A stretch of DNA of 16,416 bases from assembly GCA_038217285.1 (NCBI GenBank), contig JBBQPO010000133.1, forward strand, positions 1 to 16,416. The letters run 5' to 3'. Below are positions 1 through 7,402 of the stretch, piece by piece. The notes under the pieces were generated by a model, which was given only the letters and a program-made list of their open reading frames with translations, was not told where the DNA came from and did no database searches. The translations under genes and the position numbers were made by a program. Source of the DNA: Chthonomonadales bacterium (GTDB taxonomy: Bacteria; Armatimonadota; Chthonomonadetes; Chthonomonadales; Chthonomonadaceae). Each line of letters begins with the position of its first letter. Within the stretch, counting starts at the first letter, position 1.

Positions 1-1
1 C

Positions 2-1693
2 CGAGCTCACACAGGCCGCCGCCGCCGAAGACGGCCCGATGCTCATCGACATGAGCGATGGCCTGTGCGGGATCGATGTCTCCGGCCCGTCCGCCCGCGA
101 GCTGCTCGCTACCATGGCGAACATTCCGGCCCAGTTGTAGAGCATCGCTGCGTAGCCGTAGCGGCCGGCCTGGGTCCAGGGCGGAGCCAGCTTCATGATA
201 CTGAAAAAGCCTTCCCCGGTATCCGGCGTCAGCGGAGCGATCGGCGCGGCCATCTGAAAGACGAGGTAGCCGAGGAAACTGACCGCCAGGAGGCCCAGTA
301 CCGCGATGTTCATGTCGCGCAGCAGAGCGGCCTTGACACTGTAGATGAGCAAGCCGATACCTGGGCCGAACAGGAGCGTCAGGAGGAGGAACCAGACCAG
401 ATCGTCGGAGTCGTCGCTCTGAAACGGAACCGCGCGCATCACGGGCAGCAGAACCCCGGCCCCGAACAGGGCGGCCACCAGGGGAAAGGCGGCATAGTCA
501 GGAAGAAAATGGACCAGCGTTCCCATGATAGCGAGAATGCCGACAAAAGCCAGCGCGAAGCGTCCGATAAGTCGGGGGGTGCTGACCGGATCGTCCCACT
601 GGAACACGATGTCGGCGCCCTTCTGTTGGGGCGTGACCGACGTCGCCTGACCGGTGGCGCTGTCGTAATGCGTACCAGAGAGCGGGTCTATGACCTGCCC
701 GGTATAGTATTTTGAATTTGCGGCCGTGAAAGTGCCCATAGCAGGGATACCGGTTGGCCGGACGGGCGGGTGCCTGCCGGCAGCGATGCCGTCCGCCAGA
801 CCGCCGGTCTCCTCTTCCCCCTCGGGTAGGAGCGGCGCGCGGAGCGGCGCAGGAACCGTTGTTGCCATGCGATTCATAGGAGCCGCCGTCTGAGCCGACA
901 CGCCAGTTCCGTGTTGTACCGCCGGAGCTGCAGGGCGCGCGAGCGGCTCCCGGGGGACGGTAGCCACACCGCCGCCGTAGGCAGGAGGACGTGTGCCGCC
1001 AGGGACAGGCATCGGTGCAGCCGGGCGATTACCGCCAGGAGCAGGCATCGGTGCGGCTGGACGATTGCTGACAGGCGCAGGCAGCGGCGCGGCTGGACGA
1101 TTGCTGACAGGCGCAGGCAGCGGCGCGGTCGAACGACCGGCTGGCGCGGGCTGTGAGGTGTCAGGAACAGGCGGGCGAGGCATAACGACAGGCGATGGTG
1201 TCGCACCCGGAGGTGGTACGCCCCCAGGGCGCCGCACACCGATGGCCGCTCCGGGAGCAGGGGCACCGGGCGGACGTCGCACACCGATGACAGGGCGTTC
1301 CGCAGCAGCCGGAGCAGTGTTCAGCGGCACGAACCCTGGAGCGGGCGGGCTCGAAGCGGGAGAGTGCGGCACGGCAGCCGGCCCCGCCTGCGGGGCGGAA
1401 GCCGCCCCGGCCCGTGGGACAGGCGCCCAGGCAGGACGATGGGCTGGCGCAGGACGCCGGACAGATCGCTCCGCCGTTATTCCCGCCGCCAGTGGAGACT
1501 CTTCCTCCGGCTCTTCCTCGACCAGGGGAGGCCGGACTGCAGGAGTGCGCTGCACAGGAGCTTCAGGCGCGCTCTGCACAACTGCGTTGGCAGCGACCGG
1601 GGTCGCCGCCGGTGTCGCGGTGGTAAGGGGGCGGTGACACCAACTGCAAAGGTCGGTAGCCGTACTCTCCATACCACACCATTTACAGAACAT
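2..1693 (-). CDS. Hypothetical membrane protein: N-terminal zinc ribbon, Pro/Ala-rich linker, C-terminal multi-TM domain (3'-partial, no stop in window)
   Basis: ATG at 1693-1691 with GGAGGA RBS (1706-1701) 7 nt upstream. Frame checked by hand and open to the window edge (564 codons). Starts MFCKWCGMESTATDLCSWCHRPL. Hydrophobic segments include RFALAFVGILAIMGTLVHFL, AAFPLVAALFGAGVLLPVM, LVWFLLLTLLFGPGIGLLIYSV, IAVLGLLAVSFLGYLVFQM and AAMLYNWAGMFAMV. Missing from the ORF track because it has no stop. Confidence 0.85.
   Translation of the reverse strand, partial: MFCKWCGMESTATDLCSWCHRPLTTATPAATPVAANAVVQSAPEAPVQRTPAVRPPLVEEEPEEESPLAAGITAERSVRRPAPAHRPAWAPVPRAGAASAPQAGPAAVPHSPASSPPAPGFVPLNTAPAAAERPVIGVRRPPGAPAPGAAIGVRRPGGVPPPGATPSPVVMPRPPVPDTSQPAPAGRSTAPLPAPVSNRPAAPLPAPVSNRPAAPMPAPGGNRPAAPMPVPGGTRPPAYGGGVATVPREPLARPAAPAVQHGTGVSAQTAAPMNRMATTVPAPLRAPLLPEGEEETGGLADGIAAGRHPPVRPTGIPAMGTFTAANSKYYTGQVIDPLSGTHYDSATGQATSVTPQQKGADIVFQWDDPVSTPRLIGRFALAFVGILAIMGTLVHFLPDYAAFPLVAALFGAGVLLPVMRAVPFQSDDSDDLVWFLLLTLLFGPGIGLLIYSVKAALLRDMNIAVLGLLAVSFLGYLVFQMAAPIAPLTPDTGEGFFSIMKLAPPWTQAGRYGYAAMLYNWAGMFAMVASSSRADGPETSIPHRPSLMSMSIGPSSAAAACVSS
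3..140 (+). pseudogene. Fragment resembling sarcosine oxidase gamma subunit / GcvT-family aminomethyltransferase, apparently truncated at ~110 (possible chimeric junction)
   Basis: Frame-3 translation ELTQAAAAEDGPMLIDMSDGLCGIDVSGPSARELLA|TMANIPAQL* (TAG 138-140). DxS...hxhSGPxARxLLA is a pattern typical of SoxG/GcvT folds. The remainder is antisense to the membrane-protein gene. Confidence 0.4.
980..1136. repeat. Intragenic 36-bp tandem repeat (~4 copies) encoding a 12-aa unit like NRPAAP(L/M)PAP(V/G)(S/G)
   Basis: Units beginning aggca(t/g)cgg(t/c)gc start at 1007, 1043, 1079 and 1115 (period 36). The stretch ggctggacgattgctgacaggcgcaggcagcggcgcgg occurs twice identically. Confidence 0.9.
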
Positions 1694-1861
1694 TTACGAT
1701 TCCTCCGTCTCCGCGCGGCAGGAAGTCCGTCCGGGAAGTGAGCGATAGAAACTATAAGAGCATTGAGGCGCTGCCGAGAAAGAGGCAGTGCGCATAGAAA
1801 ACACTTCCAGAATAGGGAACGGGACTTCAGACGAGGCGCGGAGAACTCTTTTCTAATGGGC

Positions 1862-1890
1862 ATTATAATAAATGTAGCCCGAAGTGTCAA
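1862..1890 (-). promoter_or_regulatory. Consensus sigma70 promoter for the zinc-ribbon membrane protein gene
   Basis: Minus strand TTGACA (1890-1885), 17 nt, TATAAT (1867-1862): a perfect consensus pointing at the ATG at 1693 (~160-nt leader). Confidence 0.85.
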
Positions 1891-1900
1891 CAGGGTAATC

Positions 1901-1917
1901 TCACATCCCGAATGTGA
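1901..1917. promoter_or_regulatory. Palindrome TCACAT-N5-ATGTGA, candidate transcription-factor site upstream of the -35 box
   Basis: Perfect 6-bp inverted repeat 10 nt upstream of the minus-strand -35 element. Confidence 0.35.
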
Positions 1918-2155
1918 ATTGAGGCACACTCCGGAATAGGCCGCTGTCAACCTCTGTTGTAGAGACGCATCCAGGTCGCCCAAACGTCCTGTGCACCGGA
2001 AAAATAGTCGTTGATCGGTTGTTTTTCTCCCCGGAGGTCCCTGTCCGCACCGGCGGAAAAACCTCGACACTGTATCAGGTACCCTTTTGTACGTGCGAAC
2101 GGTCGCGAGACGTTAGCACCGGCGTTATTCCAGCACGGCTGTTTCCGGTGTCATC

Positions 2156-2166
2156 TGTGCTACAAT
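2156..2166 (+). promoter_or_regulatory. Extended -10 promoter for the addB-like gene
   Basis: TGTGCTACAAT (TRTGn-TACAAT) ~40 nt upstream of ATG 2208. No good -35. AAGGGAG at 2187-2193. Confidence 0.55.
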
Positions 2167-2207
2167 GCGCCACTTACTCGCCGGTTAAGGGAGCTTTCAC
2201 CATCCGA

Positions 2208-5200
2208 ATGCACACACTGCAACCGCCTATGGCGCTGGCTCTCGGGCCAGCTAGTTCCGGTAAGACGCACTGGGCCGTCGAAAGGTTCCGAGCCCAACGG
2301 AGCCGTGCCCTGCTGATCGTCTCGTCTACGGAACAGGCGGCCACCTGCGCCCGTCGGATCGCGAACGGCAGCGCGGAGTTGGAGGCGGAGGTACGCGGAT
2401 CGATCACCCATTTTCATGGGCTGACGACGGCCCTGCTGGGTGCACGCCCCGACGACGGTTACCGCGTCATCCGACGCCTGCTGCAGCAAATGGCGCTGAC
2501 CGAACTGTTTCAGACGCACATCCGCCCCGACGACTTTCTGGGGCGTATGCACGCCGCGCCCGGATTTATCCCGGCGCTGGTCGAACGGCTGCGGGAGTGG
2601 AAGCTGGCCTGCCTGACGCCGGACACGCTGGAACAGGCTGCCGAGGCCGCTGCTGCAGACCGTGAAGATCCGGTTTTCCTTCTTAAAACACGAGAACTCG
2701 TGCGACTGTTCCGGGCCTACGAAAACTTTCTCGCACAGAACCGCCTCCGCGATGAGGAGGACTGCCTGCGCCTCGCGGCGGAGTGCGCCGCCGATACCGC
2801 CCATCCCCTGTTCCGTGAGCTGGACACCGTTATCGTGGACGGCTTCTTCCGGTTCAACCGGGCACAGCGGCATCTGCTCGCCGCCCTCGCCGGACGTGGA
2901 CTGGAGACGGGCGCACCGGAGATCACGGTCGGCGTGACCCTGCCGTTCGAAGCCGAACGCGCGCTGCTGTTTACCTCGCCCGAGCGTACGCTCGCCGTCC
3001 TGCGGGCCGAATTCACCACGCAAGAGGTCACGCTGCCTGCCCGCAGCGACAGCCCGTCCGCGCTGCTGCATCTGGAGCGGCATCTCTTCGCGCCAGACCC
3101 GCCCTCCACTCCCCTCCCGGCTTCCTCGTCCCCGCCGCTGCTGCTGTTCGACGCCCCCAACCCCTATGTCGAGGCTGAAATGGTGGCGCGGGAGTTCCGA
3201 CGCCTGCACGCAGGCGACGGCGGCTATGTCTGGGACGATTTCGCGGTGATACTGCGCGGCATGGGCGACTATGCGCCGATTCTCGCAGCGGTCTTCGAGC
3301 GGTACGCCATTCCGCTTGGCGTGGACGGTCCCGAGCGGCTCAGCGACAACCCGCTGCTCAAAACAGTGCTGCATCTGCTCGCTGTTGTCCGGCGCGGCTG
3401 GCAGCGTGACGATCTGCTGGCCTTCCTCAAGTCGAGCTATACTGCGCCGGATCGGCTGGCGGCGGATGCGCTGCGCCGCCGTGCCCGCACCGCAGGGGTG
3501 CGCCAGGGCCGCGAAAAGTGGCTGGAGCTGGCAGGAAGTGCAGAGGGGAGCGTCGCCGAGACGCTGCGGCAGATCGCGCGCTTCGAGGATCTGCTGACGG
3601 CCGGAGAGGCCGATCCCCAGGAGTTCACCGAACGGCTGCGGGAGATCGTGACGGAGTTCGGCCTGGAGTCGCGCATCGAGGCCGGGGAGCCGACCCGCGC
3701 CCAGAGGGACCGGGCGGCGCTCAAGGAGGCCTGGGAGGTGCTGGCCGCGCTCGCGCAGATGTCCGCCTTCGCCGGGCGGCACACGCTCACGTTCCCGGCC
3801 TTTCACGAGGCGCTGGTCACGGCCTGGAACTCCGCCTCCGCGCTGGCCCATGCCGAGGGAGATCGGGTGCGGGTCGCCGAGCCCTACGACGCCCGAGAAC
3901 GGCCCCTCAAGATAGCCGCCGTGATGGGGCTTACCGAACGTGTCTTCCCACGCCGGATCACCGAAGACCCGTTCTTTCGCGACGACGAACGCGCCGCGCT
4001 TCGTCAGGCTGGCGACGTCGATCTCGAACCGCACAAGAATCGGGCAGACGACGAACGCTTCCTCTTCTATCTCGCCGTCACCGCCCCCGCCGACCGCCTG
4101 ATTCTCTCCTATCCGCGGTCGACCGACGAGTCCGACACCCTGCCGTCGTTCTTTCTCGATGAGGTGCGGGCGGTCTTTCTTCCCACCGGCAGCGCCCTGC
4201 CGCAGGTCGTCTCGCGCACCCTGGCCGACGTCGCGCCGCGCTTCGAAGAGGCTGTCAATGCGGACGACTCGCTGCGCACCGCCTGCGCCGAGCTGTTCGA
4301 TCCCGGCAGCGACAGCGTACTGCGTCTGGCGGAGCGCCGCCATCGTGCCGCGCGCCTGCTGCAGGACGGCCTGAAGGCTGCCGAGGATCTCTTACAGACA
4401 GAGAGCGGGGAGAAGGAGGGCCACGCCCCTGCAACAGTGCAGACAGCCCCTTCGGTGCTGAATCCGGTCGCCGCTGTGCTCGCTTCACGCCACCTGCCTG
4501 CCCTCCCGCGTCTGAACGATCCGGAGATACGCGCCCGTTTCGCCGGAGCCGATCGTATCTTCTCTATTGCGGAGTTGGAAGCCTATCGTCGCTGTCCGTT
4601 GCAGTATTTCTTCCGTTACCATCTGCGCCTTCGTCCGGAAGAGGACGGGGCCAACGCGCGGGTGCAGGAGAGCCTGCTGCGCCACGTACTGCGCCGCTTC
4701 CACCGGCATCGCCGGACGGACGCCGACCCCGAAACCCGCCGCGAGCGCCTGCATCTGCTCCTTACGCAGACGCTCGACAAAGCCAGTATCGACACCGGCC
4801 CGCACCGTCTGCGCCTCATGCAGCGTCTGATCGCCGACGCGCTAGACGCCCATATCGACAGGGAAGACCGTTTCGGCCCGCTGTTCGGCATGTCTCCCAC
4901 GCATACTCATCTCACCTTCGGAAGTCCAGCGGCAGGAGAAGACGCCGCGTCCACGCCCGATCCGCTGCAACTCACCGACGCGGACGGAACGCAGGTTCTC
5001 GTCAGTGGAACCCTTGATCGCGTCGATCTCGACACGGCGGGGCGGCGCGCTCTGCTCCTGACCTACCGCCTGGAGGCCGCGCCGGAGCTTGCCGACATGC
5101 AGCGGGGAGCCAGCCTCCAACTCCCGCTCGGTCTGCTCGCCCTGGAACAGTGTTTCGGATACCAAGCCGCCGCCGCCTGCTACGATGCCGCCCCGCAGAC

Positions 5201-5510
5201 GGGTCGGCCCCGTCTCTTTCGCACGGAGCATGTCAACCTGCGCGCCTTCTCCCCGGTGCTGCCGCACGACAACGGCAGGACCGTTACGCCGCTCAATCGG
5301 CAGCAATACGCCGAGGTCGTCGAAACCGCCTCGACCGCCGCCTGCAACGCGGCGCGCGGGATCCGCAGCGTCCGCATCGAGGCCACGCCCGGCGACCACT
5401 GTCAGCGCTGCCACTATACCGACGTCTGTCGCACCACCCGTCTTGGCCTCCACGATGGCGAACTTTCCCCTCGTAACAACCCTTCTCCTCTCCCAATCCC
5501 ACCTGCCTGA
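2208..5510 (+). CDS. addB: AddB/RexB-like ATP-dependent helicase/nuclease subunit B with Fe-S staple and degenerate PD-(D/E)XK nuclease site
   Basis: Walker A-like GPASSGKT. AddB/UvrD-like motifs VIVDGFFRFNRAQ, FAVILRG, VMGLTERVFPR, ERFLFYLAVTAPADRLILSYP and LPSFFL. C-terminal RRCPLQYF ... GTLDRVD ... CQRCHYTDVC (four Fe-S Cys). Start moved from 2019 to ATG 2208 (alternative 2229) because of the promoter/RBS position and because the Walker A is expected at the N-terminus. Confidence 0.85.
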   Translation: MHTLQPPMALALGPASSGKTHWAVERFRAQRSRALLIVSSTEQAATCARRIANGSAELEAEVRGSITHFHGLTTALLGARPDDGYRVIRRLLQQMALTELFQTHIRPDDFLGRMHAAPGFIPALVERLREWKLACLTPDTLEQAAEAAAADREDPVFLLKTRELVRLFRAYENFLAQNRLRDEEDCLRLAAECAADTAHPLFRELDTVIVDGFFRFNRAQRHLLAALAGRGLETGAPEITVGVTLPFEAERALLFTSPERTLAVLRAEFTTQEVTLPARSDSPSALLHLERHLFAPDPPSTPLPASSSPPLLLFDAPNPYVEAEMVAREFRRLHAGDGGYVWDDFAVILRGMGDYAPILAAVFERYAIPLGVDGPERLSDNPLLKTVLHLLAVVRRGWQRDDLLAFLKSSYTAPDRLAADALRRRARTAGVRQGREKWLELAGSAEGSVAETLRQIARFEDLLTAGEADPQEFTERLREIVTEFGLESRIEAGEPTRAQRDRAALKEAWEVLAALAQMSAFAGRHTLTFPAFHEALVTAWNSASALAHAEGDRVRVAEPYDARERPLKIAAVMGLTERVFPRRITEDPFFRDDERAALRQAGDVDLEPHKNRADDERFLFYLAVTAPADRLILSYPRSTDESDTLPSFFLDEVRAVFLPTGSALPQVVSRTLADVAPRFEEAVNADDSLRTACAELFDPGSDSVLRLAERRHRAARLLQDGLKAAEDLLQTESGEKEGHAPATVQTAPSVLNPVAAVLASRHLPALPRLNDPEIRARFAGADRIFSIAELEAYRRCPLQYFFRYHLRLRPEEDGANARVQESLLRHVLRRFHRHRRTDADPETRRERLHLLLTQTLDKASIDTGPHRLRLMQRLIADALDAHIDREDRFGPLFGMSPTHTHLTFGSPAAGEDAASTPDPLQLTDADGTQVLVSGTLDRVDLDTAGRRALLLTYRLEAAPELADMQRGASLQLPLGLLALEQCFGYQAAAACYDAAPQTGRPRLFRTEHVNLRAFSPVLPHDNGRTVTPLNRQQYAEVVETASTAACNAARGIRSVRIEATPGDHCQRCHYTDVCRTTRLGLHDGELSPRNNPSPLPIPPA

Positions 5511-5812
5511 GTCCTGAAAAGCGCTGATCGAGGCCAGACATAGAACGTTTGGACCGTAAGGAGCGTTCGTGCACGAGATCGATGAAGTCCTTCGTGTGTC
5601 CCTATCGTCAATCACCGTGCGACTCCAGGCCTGTGCTTGCGTGTTCCCTGCCAAACCTGGGTGCCTGCCTGCGCGAGGTGAGCGCCACAGGGCTCGTAAT
5701 GGGCCGCCGATGAAAAGTCCGATTTACCGCGCTGGATAGACCGGGCCTGCCTGCACAGCGCTCCTCCTACGGTGGCGCTCGCAAATTATTTTGCGTGTGT
5801 GGGCAGAATCTA

Positions 5813-5841
5813 TTGACAGCGCAACAAAAGTATGTTAAAAT
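5813..5841 (+). promoter_or_regulatory. Sigma70 promoter of the LacI-prepilin cluster
   Basis: TTGACA (5813-5818), 17 nt, TAAAAT (5836-5841), with extended -10 TG at 5833-5834. Confidence 0.85.
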
Positions 5842-5851
5842 CCTGGATGGG

Positions 5852-5871
5852 TTGCTTTACCGTTAAAGCAA
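5852..5871. promoter_or_regulatory. LacI-family operator (autoregulatory site)
   Basis: TTGCTTTA-CCGT-TAAAGCAA: 20-bp near-perfect palindrome with the central CG characteristic of LacI/GalR operators. It lies just downstream of the predicted TSS (~5848) and upstream of the lacI-type gene. Confidence 0.85.
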
Positions 5872-5888
5872 TCAGACATAGAGGCTTT

Positions 5889-6893
5889 ATGGATCTACGG
5901 AAGGTCACCATGCGGGATGTAGCCCGCGAGGCGGGCGTCAGCCAGATGACTGTCTCCGCCGTTCTAGGAGGGAAGTCCGCTCAATCACGCATTTCTGAGC
6001 CTACGCAGGTACGTGTGATTGAAACGGCTCGGGAGATGGGCTACCAGCCCAACGCTATCGCGCGCTCCCTGCGCCGCCGCAGCACGAATGTGATTGGTTT
6101 TTACAGCGGCTACGGATACCTGGACGCCCACAATACCTTTTATGCGGAGCTTATCAGCGGCCTGCAAGCGGGCGGCGAACAGCATCGGAAAGATCTGCTA
6201 CTCCACGGCGTCTACCGCGGAGGCTCGGTGGACGATATCTATACGGAACTGATGGACGGTCGCGTCGACGGTCTGGTGCTGAACGCTGGGCCGCAAGATC
6301 CGCTGGCGGACCGGCTGGCGGCGTCTCAACTTCCGGTAGTCGCACTAGTGGACGCCATTTCCACCGTGCCCTCGGTGGTGGTGGCGGATGCAGAAGGATC
6401 GGCCTTTTTGGCAGCACATCTGGCCGGAAAGGGGCACAGGCGGCTTCTCTACCGGTACAGCAATCATAAATCCCTGGTCTCCGCCACTCGCCGGCGGGAG
6501 GCCTTTCTGCACAGAGCGACGGAGTACGGCATGGAAGTCCGCCTGTGGGAAGACGATATTACCCGGCCTGCCGACATCGCTGAGTTGGACTGGTTTCGGG
6601 AAGCGCCGGGCATACGGCCTACGGCCATCGTCTGCTGGAACGATCTGGTTGCCTATGAGCTGCTGGCGCAGTGCCACAAATATGGTCTGCGAACTCCGGA
6701 CGATCTCGCCGTGGTGGGTTTCGACGGCGTACCGACGCCTTTTGACTTCGTCCGGCGACTGACAACGGTCCGCGCCCCCTGGGCGGAGGTCGCGCGGACG
6801 GCGGTGGATCTGCTGATTGCACAGATTCAGGGCGAACCCGTCTGCCAGGAAACAATACTGCCTGTTGAACTTATTTGCGGTGACACAGGCTAA
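5889..6893 (+). CDS. LacI/GalR-family transcriptional regulator
   Basis: HTH KVTMRDVAREAGVSQMTVSAVL, hinge GYQPNAIARSL, RVDGLVL, PTAIVCWNDLVA, PDDLAVVGFDG, LTTVRAP. ATG 5889 after AGAGG. The track start at 5832 overlaps the -10 box and is rejected. Confidence 0.95.
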   Translation: MDLRKVTMRDVAREAGVSQMTVSAVLGGKSAQSRISEPTQVRVIETAREMGYQPNAIARSLRRRSTNVIGFYSGYGYLDAHNTFYAELISGLQAGGEQHRKDLLLHGVYRGGSVDDIYTELMDGRVDGLVLNAGPQDPLADRLAASQLPVVALVDAISTVPSVVVADAEGSAFLAAHLAGKGHRRLLYRYSNHKSLVSATRRREAFLHRATEYGMEVRLWEDDITRPADIAELDWFREAPGIRPTAIVCWNDLVAYELLAQCHKYGLRTPDDLAVVGFDGVPTPFDFVRRLTTVRAPWAEVARTAVDLLIAQIQGEPVCQETILPVELICGDTG

Positions 6894-6932
6894 TTTAGCG
6901 ATATTTCGGCTGGCGAGAACAGGAGAAATGGC

Positions 6933-7325
6933 GTGGAGTACTCACCTCGACCTGATGCGGGCACTGCGGAACTGCGCGTCTTTTTACTGGTAGGTGTACC
7001 TCTGGTTCTCGCCGTCGTGATTGGCGGCAGCTTTCTGACCGCCCGCCCAACCCCGCGCAAGCCGACGAATCCTGTTCTCGGCGGGCACATCGACTACACC
7101 AGTCAACCTGAAAAAGCGCAGGCAGAAGTAAACAGGCTGGCGCTCAGTTCTCGAGGTGATTTTTTCAGGCTTTCAGTCGACGATCGTCGTTGGCTTGACA
7201 GTATGTCCGCAGGGCACGGCGCGCAGTTAATCGCACGAAAGATGAGCGATCTCAAGCATAGTCCCGTAAAGCGAGCGGCCAAAAAGGTATCGAAAGGAGG
7301 ATCCGTCAAGCAGGCAGGCTCTTAA
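6933..7325 (+). CDS. Small single-pass membrane protein (130 aa), unknown function
   Basis: GTG start 7 nt after AGGAG (6921-6925). [22 protein letters not shown]. Short predicted helical domain ([35 protein letters not shown]) and Lys-rich tail. Operonic position. Confidence 0.7.
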   Translation: MEYSPRPDAGTAELRVFLLVGVPLVLAVVIGGSFLTARPTPRKPTNPVLGGHIDYTSQPEKAQAEVNRLALSSRGDFFRLSVDDRRWLDSMSAGHGAQLIARKMSDLKHSPVKRAAKKVSKGGSVKQAGS

Positions 7326-7402
7326 GCCTCTGGTGCGGTCACCGGAAAGAACGAATTAAAGGCCGACAGAACTTATTCCGATCAACGAAAGGATCGACAA
7401 TC

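Noticed and set aside
980-1136. 36-bp repeats as a CRISPR array
   Set aside because: Head-to-tail with no unique spacers, in-frame within a CDS, and no cas genes nearby.
65-1741. Plus-strand ORFs 65..715, 911..1156, 993..1637, 1364..1741 and minus-strand ORFs 874..1284, 1477..2070
   Set aside because: Antisense or off-frame shadows of the real minus-strand gene, which has the RBS, promoter, Zn ribbon and TM helices.
2019-2207. 63-aa N-terminal extension of addB in the ORF track
   Set aside because: Spans the predicted extended -10 promoter and RBS; the AddB Walker A normally lies within the first few residues.
2160-4343. 727-aa minus-strand ORF (and 4842..5654) opposite addB
   Set aside because: Antisense shadow expected from high-GC codon bias; no motifs or RBS.
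5700-5740. CCGAUGA resembling a hammerhead ribozyme core
   Set aside because: Not CUGANGA, and no stem II followed by GAAA.
5832-5888. Upstream start of the LacI gene
   Set aside because: The ATG overlaps the extended -10 region and the extension would run through the operator; the HTH begins right after ATG 5889.
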